From: an uncultured beta proteobacterium
GTDB lineage: Bacteria; Pseudomonadota; Gammaproteobacteria; Burkholderiales; Eutrophovitaceae
Length of the DNA stretch: 64,000 bases
Assembly (NCBI GenBank): GCA_963792855.1
Contig: CAWBXZ010000001.1
Coordinates: 65,109-129,108, forward strand
Direction: 5' to 3'
Position 1 is the stretch's first letter; each line of letters opens with the position of its first letter. Positions 56,513 through 64,000 of this stretch are shown here, piece after piece. Under the pieces are notes generated by a model. That model did no database searches. It had not been told where the DNA came from and saw only the letters and a program-made list of their open reading frames with translations. Both the position numbers and the translations under genes were made by a program.

Positions 56513-56945
56513 CCGCAGGGTATCTCGCGAACTGGCGCTGCAAGGGATCTACCAATGGCTGGTGAACCGGTCGGATGCCGAAACAGTGCTTGCGCAGATC
56601 GCCGGCGAGGCAGGTTATGCCAGGGCGGATCGGGCCTACCTGGAAGAACTGGTCTGCAATGTGGTTTCCGATGCTGACGTCTTGCGCAGAAAGATCGGGC
56701 CCTTCCTCGACCGTCCGATTGGACAACTTTCTCCGATCGAACACGCCGTGTTGCTGATCGCTGCGAGCGAATTGAGCGTGCAACCGGATACGCCCTACGC
56801 GGTGATCATCAATGAGGCGGTCGAGTTGGCCAAGATGTATGGCGGGACGGACGGTCACAAGTACGTTAACGGGGTTCTGGATAAACTTGCGGTGGAACTG
56901 CGCGGGGTGGAAACGCAAGCGCGAGGCAAGAAGGGGACGCGTTGA
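56502..56945 (+). CDS. nusB: Transcription antitermination factor NusB
   Basis: [12 protein letters not shown]...[13 protein letters not shown]...VNGVLDKL. Confidence 0.9.
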   Translation: MKGSRRVSRELALQGIYQWLVNRSDAETVLAQIAGEAGYARADRAYLEELVCNVVSDADVLRRKIGPFLDRPIGQLSPIEHAVLLIAASELSVQPDTPYAVIINEAVELAKMYGGTDGHKYVNGVLDKLAVELRGVETQARGKKGTR

Positions 56946-57127
56946 AACGAACAGGGGCAGCGCGATAACACGCGTACCGGGGGCTTTCACGCCGTCTTGC
57001 CGGTAATCGTTTCACTGTGTTCGGACCGCATGGGATGCGGGGGCTCGCGATCGGCATTGGACGTTCGGTTTCGCAGGCGGCCGGTGGAATTGCGGCCGGG
57101 ACAATCAAATAACAATCGGGAGGAAAA

Positions 57128-57997
57128 ATGGCGGACGCTGCACCGGTGAAGAAACTCACCATTTTCGATTTACAGGCAAAAGCTGACCGCGGGGAGAAGG
57201 TCTTTCAGGTCACAGCGGTCGATTTTCCGACGGCGCAACTGGTAGATCGCGCCGGTATCGATTGCATCCTCATCGGTGACTCGCTCGGCATGACCGCGCT
57301 TGGGTATGAGAGCACCGTGCCGGTCACCATGGAAGAGATGATTCACCACGCCAGGGCGATCTCGCGCGCTGCGAAGCGTGCCCTGCTGGTGGGCGATTTG
57401 CCGCTGGGCGCGTATCACGCCTCGAAAGAGGACGCGGTGAACAATGCGATGCGCATGATCAAGGAAGGCGGAGCGGATGTCGTCAAGCTCGAGGGCGGAG
57501 AGGATTTTGCGCCGATGGCCAAAGCGGTGGTGGACGCGGGTATACCGGTGATGGCGCATATCGGGTTGACGCCGCAGCTGATGTCCAAGCTCGGCGGCTT
57601 CAAGGTGCAGGGCAAGGACGCCGTGGCCGGAGTGCAGTTGCTGAAAGACGCAATGGCGATGGAACAGGCCGGATGCTTTGCCATCGTGCTCGAGGCGATA
57701 CCGGACCGGGTCGCCCAGCTTATTACCGAACGGTTGCGCATCCCGACAATTGGCATCGGTGCAGGACCGTATTGCGATGGGCAGAATCTTGTTCTGCACG
57801 ACATGGTCGGCTTGTTCGATCGATTTTCGCCAAAATTCGTCAAGCGCTATGCCAACTGCTGGGATCTGATCAGCAAGGCGTTGGCGGATTTTCAGGAAGA
57901 CGTGAAAAGTGGCGGGTTCCCTAAAGCGGAACACAGCTTTACGATGAAAGAGGAGGAGTACCTTAACCTCTTGCAGCACCTGCCGAAGTCCAAATAG
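57128..57997 (+). CDS. panB: 3-methyl-2-oxobutanoate hydroxymethyltransferase (ketopantoate hydroxymethyltransferase)
   Basis: ILIGDSLGM...VVKLEGG...AHIGLTPQ...GAGPYCDGQ. GGGAGGAA lies before the ATG. Confidence 0.9.
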   Translation: MADAAPVKKLTIFDLQAKADRGEKVFQVTAVDFPTAQLVDRAGIDCILIGDSLGMTALGYESTVPVTMEEMIHHARAISRAAKRALLVGDLPLGAYHASKEDAVNNAMRMIKEGGADVVKLEGGEDFAPMAKAVVDAGIPVMAHIGLTPQLMSKLGGFKVQGKDAVAGVQLLKDAMAMEQAGCFAIVLEAIPDRVAQLITERLRIPTIGIGAGPYCDGQNLVLHDMVGLFDRFSPKFVKRYANCWDLISKALADFQEDVKSGGFPKAEHSFTMKEEEYLNLLQHLPKSK

Positions 57998-58048
57998 CGG
58001 TCGCGCGTTATTGCCATTGACACGAAGGGCTCAAGAGTCGGCCGGGGC

Positions 58049-59005
58049 ATGAGTGCAGAGTTCGATTTGATCGACCGTTTCTTCTCACGTGCGTCGCCGG
58101 CGGCGAAGCTGGGTGTTGGGGATGACGCGGCGCTGGTGGAGCCGGCTGCCGGGCACGATCTGGCGATGACGATCGACACCCTGGTCAGCGGCATTCATTT
58201 TTCGCCTGACTGTGAGCCGCGTGCGCTCGGGCACAAGGTGCTTGCGGTCAATCTCTCTGATCTTGCCGCCATGGGCGCACGGCCGCGCTGGGTTTTGCTT
58301 GCGATCACGCTGCCAGAGGTCGATGAAGGGTGGCTGGAAGACTTTGCCGCCGGGTTCTATGATCTGGCGGAGCGGCACGACGTCGCATTGATTGGCGGCG
58401 ACACGACACGTGGACCATTGAGTCTTACGGTTGCGGCGACCGGCGAGGTTGCGGCGGACAAGGCGTTACGGCGCGATGGCGCACGAGTGGGTGACGCCGT
58501 CTGGGTGTCGGGACACATCGGCAGTGCGGCGCTGGCTCTGCGGCATAGGCGTGGTGAACTGCGGCTCAAAGGCAAGGACCTCGATCTGTGTTCGGCGCGG
58601 CTCGACAGGCCCGCCCCGCGCATCGAATTGGGCCAGGCGCTGGTAGGCGTGGCCAGCAGCGCGATTGACGTGTCGGACGGCCTGGTTGCGGATGCGCGAC
58701 ACATTGCACGACGTTCCGGGGTGAAGATCGAAATCAGATATGACGACGTGCCGACGATCGCCGGCGTCACGCACCTGAAGGCAGATCACGGCGTGCGCGG
58801 CGCGGTGCTTGCGGGCGGCGATGATTACGAGTTGCTGTTTACCGCGCCGGCAGAATCTGCCGGACAACTTGACCGTGTCTCGGCTAAGCTCGGGCTGGCG
58901 CTGACGTGCATTGGCGTCGTGGTGCCGGGGTCCGGCGTTGCGGTGCTGGACGGCTCGGGCGGCGTGATTGACGTCGGTGCCGGTGGCTACGACCATTTTG
59001 ACTGA
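58049..59005 (+). CDS. thiL: Thiamine-monophosphate kinase
   Basis: EFDLIDRFF...GVGDDAALV...DTLVSGIHF...NLSDLAAMGA...GGDTT. Confidence 0.9.
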   Translation: MSAEFDLIDRFFSRASPAAKLGVGDDAALVEPAAGHDLAMTIDTLVSGIHFSPDCEPRALGHKVLAVNLSDLAAMGARPRWVLLAITLPEVDEGWLEDFAAGFYDLAERHDVALIGGDTTRGPLSLTVAATGEVAADKALRRDGARVGDAVWVSGHIGSAALALRHRRGELRLKGKDLDLCSARLDRPAPRIELGQALVGVASSAIDVSDGLVADARHIARRSGVKIEIRYDDVPTIAGVTHLKADHGVRGAVLAGGDDYELLFTAPAESAGQLDRVSAKLGLALTCIGVVVPGSGVAVLDGSGGVIDVGAGGYDHFD

Positions 59006-59006
59006 C

Positions 59007-59507
59007 ATGGCGAGGCGGCCGACATTAGCGTTCGTTTTCTCGAATCCCGCGCATTTTCTCGCGTTCGGTTTCGGAGTCGGGATTGTGCCGTTTGCTCCGG
59101 GCACACTGGGTACTCTGCTCGGATTTCCCCTTTATTACGGTCTGGCTGCGATTCTGCCCGACCAGGCGTTGCTTGCCTGCATCGCGTTGAGTTTCGTTGC
59201 CGGTATCTGGATTTGCGGTGTCACTGGACGAAATCTCGGCGTACACGACCACGGCGGCATGGTGTGGGATGAAATCGCTGCCTTCATGCTGGTTTTGTTT
59301 TTTATTCCTGCGCAACCGTTGTGGCAGGCATTCGCGTTCTTGTTGTTTCGACTGTTCGACATTCTTAAACCGCCGCCAATCCGGCAGCTCGATCGTGGCA
59401 TTCAGAACGGCTTTGGCGTCATGCTCGACGACCTCGTGGCTGCCTTCTATGCCTTGCTCTGTCTTGCAGCCTGGCAAAGAATTCACGAATGGGCGGGTTT
59501 TGTTTGA
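59007..59507 (+). CDS. pgpA: Phosphatidylglycerophosphatase A
   Basis: FLAFGFGVGIVPFAPGTLGTL...VWDEIAAF...RLFDILKPPPIR. Confidence 0.85.
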   Translation: MARRPTLAFVFSNPAHFLAFGFGVGIVPFAPGTLGTLLGFPLYYGLAAILPDQALLACIALSFVAGIWICGVTGRNLGVHDHGGMVWDEIAAFMLVLFFIPAQPLWQAFAFLLFRLFDILKPPPIRQLDRGIQNGFGVMLDDLVAAFYALLCLAAWQRIHEWAGFV

Positions 59508-59540
59508 CTATCCGCCGCAACCTGTGAAACGGGACGTCAG

Positions 59541-60047
59541 ATGGTGATCGACGAGGACATCTACCGGCTCAGTGAACAGCTGGGAGCGCTGCTGAAACAA
59601 AGCGGGCGCGTGCTGGCAACGGCGGAATCGTGTACCGGTGGCTGGATATCCCAGGCGATCACGATGGTTCCGGGCAGTTCGAAGTGGTTCGACTGCGGTT
59701 TCGTGACCTATACCAACCGTTCCAAAGAGGAACTGCTCGGAGTGCGGCCGGGCACGCTGGAACGCCACGGTGCCGTATCCGAGTTGACGGTGCGGGAAAT
59801 GGCGCAGGGCGTATTGCAGCGCACGCACGCCGATTGCAGCGTGGCGGTGAGCGGGGTCGCCGGCCCGGACGGCGGTTCCCCCGGGAAACCCGTCGGGACG
59901 GTATGGCTGGCGGTTTGTGCGCGCGACAGCGCAACGCAAGCAAGCTGCCTGCATCTGGTCGGTGATCGCGATACCGTGCGTCGCCAGGCGGTGATCGCAG
60001 CGTTGCAGGCGCTGATCAAAATGGCGGGGACCCCGCGCATCGCGTAG
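59541..60047 (+). CDS. pncC: Nicotinamide-nucleotide amidohydrolase PncC (CinA C-terminal domain protein)
   Basis: LATAESCTGGWISQAIT...GFVTYTN..K...SGVAGPDGG. Confidence 0.85.
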   Translation: MVIDEDIYRLSEQLGALLKQSGRVLATAESCTGGWISQAITMVPGSSKWFDCGFVTYTNRSKEELLGVRPGTLERHGAVSELTVREMAQGVLQRTHADCSVAVSGVAGPDGGSPGKPVGTVWLAVCARDSATQASCLHLVGDRDTVRRQAVIAALQALIKMAGTPRIA

Positions 60048-60365
60048 CGATCGCACCGAACGGCAGGTCGGGACCGGGTCATTCTTGTCACCCTGACCTT
60101 CGAAAGTCACTGACCGCCACTTTGCCCGAACCCGCCGGCGGTTCTGGCCGGGCGGGCGCGGCGGTATCGAGCGAAAAGCGCAGTGGATCAACCGGATAAA
60201 CAGGCTTTCGGCGGCCTGCGGTCGCGTACTGACCGCGAGGCGGGCGCGTTCGGGCACTGCCGGCAGGCAATTCGCCGGGCCTAAAGGCGTCGGTGGCTCA
60301 CGTAGTGAGCTAGCCATGTGCGATAATTTTCGGAATTTTTCAAAGACATCGGGGAGATTGGCACT

Positions 60366-61385
60366 ATGGACGAAAACCGGCAAAAAGCGCTTGACGCGGC
60401 GCTGTCACAGATCGAGAAGCAGTTTGGCAAGGGCTCGATCATGCGCCTCGGCGAGCAGGAAGTGTCGCCCGATCTGAAAGTGGTGTCGACGGGTTCCCTG
60501 GGGCTTGACCTGGCGCTGGGCATTGGCGGACTGCCGCGCGGCCGGGTGGTGGAGATATACGGTCCGGAGTCTTCCGGCAAGACCACACTGACGCTGTCAG
60601 TGATCGCACAAATGCAGAAGATCGGTGGCACCGCGGCCTTTATCGATGCCGAACACGCGCTCGATCCGGAATATGCGTCCAAGCTCGGCGTGAACATTGA
60701 CGAGTTGCTCATCTCCCAGCCCGACAACGGCGAGCAGGCTCTCGAGATTGCCGACATGCTGGTGCGGTCCAGTTCGGTGGAAGTGGTGGTGATTGACTCG
60801 GTAGCCGCCCTGACTCCAAAGGCGGAAATCGAAGGCGAGATGGGCGAGCCGCAGATGGGATTGCAGGCGCGGTTGATGTCGCAGGCACTGCGCAAGCTCA
60901 CTGCGAATATCAAGCGATCCAACACGCTGGTGATATTCATCAACCAGATTCGCATGAAAATTGGCGTCATGTTCGGCAACCCGGAGACTACCACCGGTGG
61001 GAATGCGCTGAAATTCTATTCCTCGGTGCGTATCGACATTCGCCGCATCGGAGCCATCAAGAAGGGCGACGAAGTCATAGGCAACGAGACCCGTGCCAAA
61101 GTGGTGAAGAACAAGGTCGCGCCGCCATTCAGACAGGCCGAATTCGACATTCTTTACGGCAAGGGTATTTCTCGCGAAGGCGAGATCATCGATCTCGGCG
61201 TCGCGCACAAATTCGTCGACAAGGCCGGCGCCTGGTACAGCTACAACGGCGAACGTATTGGGCAGGGCAAGGACAACGTGCGCGATTATCTGAAAGAGCA
61301 TCCGGAAATGGCGAGGGAAATCGAGAACCGGATCCGCGAGGCGGTGGGTATCCGGCCGCTCGCCGAGGAAGTCGTCGAAGCATAG
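60366..61385 (+). CDS. recA: Recombinase RecA
   Basis: [29 protein letters not shown]...[12 protein letters not shown]...VVIDSVAAL...[28 protein letters not shown]. Confidence 0.97.
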   Translation: MDENRQKALDAALSQIEKQFGKGSIMRLGEQEVSPDLKVVSTGSLGLDLALGIGGLPRGRVVEIYGPESSGKTTLTLSVIAQMQKIGGTAAFIDAEHALDPEYASKLGVNIDELLISQPDNGEQALEIADMLVRSSSVEVVVIDSVAALTPKAEIEGEMGEPQMGLQARLMSQALRKLTANIKRSNTLVIFINQIRMKIGVMFGNPETTTGGNALKFYSSVRIDIRRIGAIKKGDEVIGNETRAKVVKNKVAPPFRQAEFDILYGKGISREGEIIDLGVAHKFVDKAGAWYSYNGERIGQGKDNVRDYLKEHPEMAREIENRIREAVGIRPLAEEVVEA

Positions 61386-61393
61386 CGGCGGCC

Positions 61394-61837
61394 GTGGCAG
61401 AGCCAGCGAGTGTGCGGGTGCGCGCCTTGCGCATGCTGGCGCGTCGCGAGTATTCGCGGCGTGAGATGCAAGACCGCTTGTCTTCGCCGGATGTTGACGA
61501 TGCCGAAGTGCAAAGCGTGCTCGACGAGTTTGAAGACAAGGGCTGGCTTTCGGAGCGGCGTTTCGTTGATGCAGTGGTCCAGAGCCGGCGACGCCGCTTC
61601 GGTGCGGCCCGCGTATTGCATGAACTCAAGGAGAAGGGCGTTTCGGAGGAAGGGCTGGCCAATGCGCGTGAGGCACTTGCAGAGAGTGAAATAGAGGCCG
61701 CGCGCGCTGTCTGGCAGAAGAAGTTCGGCCAACCGCCGGCATCGCTTGCCGAGCGGGCGAAACAGACCCGCTTTCTCGCCGGACGCGGTTTTTCCGCGGA
61801 TGTGATACGAAATGTTCTGGATGGACGCGACGAGTGA
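61394..61837 (+). CDS. recX: Recombination regulator RecX
   Basis: ALRMLARREYSRREMQDRL... has the three-repeat helical RecX layout. It lies directly after recA. Confidence 0.85.
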   Translation: MAEPASVRVRALRMLARREYSRREMQDRLSSPDVDDAEVQSVLDEFEDKGWLSERRFVDAVVQSRRRRFGAARVLHELKEKGVSEEGLANAREALAESEIEAARAVWQKKFGQPPASLAERAKQTRFLAGRGFSADVIRNVLDGRDE

Positions 61838-61914
61838 GTGCGCTGCCGGCATGGACAAACCTGGCCTGGACGGCCAACGCGGGCGGCTTGCCCAACTGAA
61901 CCAAGTGGATGCAA

Positions 61915-64000
61915 ATGAAAAGTAACGAAATTCGCGATCGGTTTCTGAAGTTCTTCGAGAAGAACGGGCACGCTGTCGTCGCGTCCAGTCCGCTCGTGCC
62001 GGGCAACGATCCCACGCTGTTGTTTACCAATGCCGGCATGGTGCAGTTCAAGGACGTGTTTCTCGGCCAGGAGCACCGGCCATATTCGCGTGCAACGACG
62101 TCCCAGCGGTGCGTGCGTGCTGGCGGCAAGCACAACGACCTGGAAAATGTTGGCTACACGGCCCGCCATCACACGTTTTTTGAAATGCTGGGCAATTTCA
62201 GCTTCGGGGACTACTTCAAGCGCGACGCCATACGTTTTGCCTGGCAATTGCTGACCCAGGAGTATGGTCTCGACCCGCAGCGCATGTGGATCACGGTGTA
62301 CGAGACCGATGACGAGGCCTACGACATCTGGGCCAACGACATCAAGGTGCCGGCCGAGCGCATTGCGCGCATTGGTGACAAACCGGGCGGCGTCCCGAAC
62401 CAGAGCGACAATTTCTGGCAGATGGGCGATACCGGGCCGTGCGGTCCGTGTTCGGAAATTTTCTGGGACCACGGTCCGGACGTGGAGGGTGGGCCGCCGG
62501 GGAGCGACGATGACGACGGTGACCGCTACATCGAGATATGGAATCTCGTGTTCATGCAGTTCAATCGTGACGAGCACGGAACCTTGCATCCTCTGCCGAA
62601 GCCCTCGGTAGATACCGGAATGGGGCTGGAACGTGTTGCCGCCGTGTTGCAGGGCGTGCACTCGAACTACGAAATCGACCTGTTTCAGGACCTGATTCGC
62701 GCCGCAGCGCGTGTGACTGGCACCAGGGATCTGGAAAACAATTCCCTGAAGGTAATCGCCGATCACATCCGCGCCTGCAGCTTTCTGATTACCGATGGTG
62801 TGATTCCCGGAAACGAGGGGCGCGGTTACGTCTTGCGGCGGATCATCCGGCGCGCCATCCGGCATGGATACAAGCTGGGTTGCAGGAAGCCGTTCTTTCA
62901 TTCACTGGTGGCCGATTTATCGGGCATCATGGGCGAAGCCTATCCGGAACTGCCGGCAGCACAAAAACGCGTCGCGGAAACCCTGAAACAGGAAGAGGAG
63001 CGTTTTGCCGAAACCCTTGAAAAAGGCATGGGCGTGCTGGAGAGCGCGCTGCTGAGGGAGGACCGGATGCTCGACGGCGAAACGGTGTTCCGTCTCTACG
63101 ACACCTTCGGCTTCCCGGTAGACCTGACTGCAGATATCGCGCGTGAACGCGGCGTGCAGGTCGATTTCGCCGGATTCGAGGCGGCGATGGAAAGACAGCG
63201 TGAGCGCGCCCGCGCTGCGTCGCGCTTCCAGAGCGCCCGCGGGGTCGAGTACAGCGGCCAGGCAACGGAGTTCCACGGTTACGAATCGCTCAATGTGCAG
63301 GGCACCGTGGTCGCGCTTTATCGCGAGGGCACGTCGGTTGATCGTCTCGAAAAAGGCGAGCGCGGCATCGTCGTGCTGGATCGCACGCCGTTTTATGCGG
63401 AATCGGGCGGCCAGGTCGGTGACAGGGGCGTTCTGGTAACGGCCACCAGTCCTTTCGCGACCTTCAGGGTTGCCGATACCCAGAAGATCCAGTCCGAGGT
63501 ATACGGTCACCACGGCGAAGTCGCCAAGGGCGAAATGCGGGTCGGCGACATTGTCAATGCCCAGGTGGACCTGCGCCTGCGCAGCGCGACGATGTTCAAC
63601 CATTCCGCCACCCACCTGATGCATTCGGCGCTGCGCAAGGTGCTGGGGGCGCATGTGCAACAGCGGGGTTCGCTGGTCGATGAACACAAGACCCGGTTCG
63701 ACTTTTCGCATCCCAAACCAATGACGCCCGAGGAGATCGCGCGCGTCGAATCCCTGGTAAACGAAGAAATTCGCCGCAACGTTCCGGTCGAAGCGCAGGT
63801 CATGAGATATGACGACGCGATCGGGGCTGGAGCGATGGCGCTGTTCGGCGAGAAATACGGCGACGAGGTGCGCGTGATTGGCATGGGTGATTTCTCTACC
63901 GAATTGTGCGGAGGTACCCATGTCGAGCGCAGTGGCGACATCGGATTTTTCAAGATCGCGCTAGAAACCGGCGTGGCTTCCGGAATCCGGCGCGTCGAGG
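61915..64000 (+). CDS. alaS: Alanine--tRNA ligase, N-terminal ~695 codons; gene runs off the right window edge
   Basis: Absent from the track because the ORF is open at the window edge. My translation from the ATG at 61915 reads [51 protein letters not shown]. The same frame is still open at 63934 ([22 protein letters not shown]). Confidence 0.95.
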   Translation, partial: MKSNEIRDRFLKFFEKNGHAVVASSPLVPGNDPTLLFTNAGMVQFKDVFLGQEHRPYSRATTSQRCVRAGGKHNDLENVGYTARHHTFFEMLGNFSFGDYFKRDAIRFAWQLLTQEYGLDPQRMWITVYETDDEAYDIWANDIKVPAERIARIGDKPGGVPNQSDNFWQMGDTGPCGPCSEIFWDHGPDVEGGPPGSDDDDGDRYIEIWNLVFMQFNRDEHGTLHPLPKPSVDTGMGLERVAAVLQGVHSNYEIDLFQDLIRAAARVTGTRDLENNSLKVIADHIRACSFLITDGVIPGNEGRGYVLRRIIRRAIRHGYKLGCRKPFFHSLVADLSGIMGEAYPELPAAQKRVAETLKQEEERFAETLEKGMGVLESALLREDRMLDGETVFRLYDTFGFPVDLTADIARERGVQVDFAGFEAAMERQRERARAASRFQSARGVEYSGQATEFHGYESLNVQGTVVALYREGTSVDRLEKGERGIVVLDRTPFYAESGGQVGDRGVLVTATSPFATFRVADTQKIQSEVYGHHGEVAKGEMRVGDIVNAQVDLRLRSATMFNHSATHLMHSALRKVLGAHVQQRGSLVDEHKTRFDFSHPKPMTPEEIARVESLVNEEIRRNVPVEAQVMRYDDAIGAGAMALFGEKYGDEVRVIGMGDFSTELCGGTHVERSGDIGFFKIALETGVASGIRRVE

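Noticed and set aside
61186-63921. 571-aa and 334-aa minus-strand ORFs (61186..62901 and 62917..63921)
   Set aside because: They are antisense to recX/alaS, whose plus-strand translation is unmistakable (AlaRS motifs). They are shadow ORFs.
1-64000. Mobile elements, prophage, integron or genomic-island boundaries
   Set aside because: No integrase, transposase, recombinase, phage structural gene, tRNA attachment site or terminal inverted/direct repeat pair was seen on either strand. Apart from short AT-rich promoter spacers, the composition looks uniform by eye.

Overview
High-GC proteobacterial chromosomal segment; the gene order looks beta/gammaproteobacterial, and GC was judged by eye, not computed. 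I can support about 65 protein-coding genes. I found no rRNA, tRNA, CRISPR array, integrase, transposase or prophage signature.

Layout:
- Left ~50 kb is a mosaic of accessory and metabolic genes:
  - a Csu-type (SCPU) chaperone-usher pilus operon running off the left edge
  - a SET-domain methyltransferase
  - a thermonuclease-DUF2256-FAD oxidoreductase group
  - a TRAP transporter
  - two tandem LssY_C-domain paralogues
  - YihY
  - a secreted pentapeptide-repeat protein
  - deaD
  - a COG2521 methyltransferase-YaiI-DUF429-wHTH run
  - an FeS-BCP-type photolyase
  - rbgA
  - a LuxR-type regulator
  - MFS, GMC oxidoreductase, ABC and NhaP2 genes
  - a thiolase plus intradiol dioxygenase
  - an M61 peptidase
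  - tdh-kbl
  - GNATs
- Right ~13 kb is a conserved housekeeping block: glyA-nrdR-ribD-ribE-ribBA-ribH-nusB-panB-thiL-pgpA-pncC-recA-recX-alaS. alaS runs off the right edge.

The most striking thing directly visible in the sequence is eight single-base frame breaks in six otherwise recognisable genes. These are the Csu chaperone, the FAD oxidoreductase, deaD, the LuxR regulator (three breaks), DUF1330 and the M61 peptidase. All lie left of 43.2 kb. This is either real decay of accessory genes or assembly indels.

I did not find a clear-cut, self-evident novel multi-gene system such as a defence island. The best candidates for undescribed biology are inference only:
1. the tandem LssY_C secreted/lipoprotein pair
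2. the co-directional methyltransferase / PIN-like YaiI / RNase-H-like DUF429 / wHTH run next to deaD
3. a GMC-oxidoreductase operon with an unrecognised 148-aa protein

Start codons are my best guesses and may be off by tens of bases. No database search was possible, so all family calls come from motif recognition by eye.
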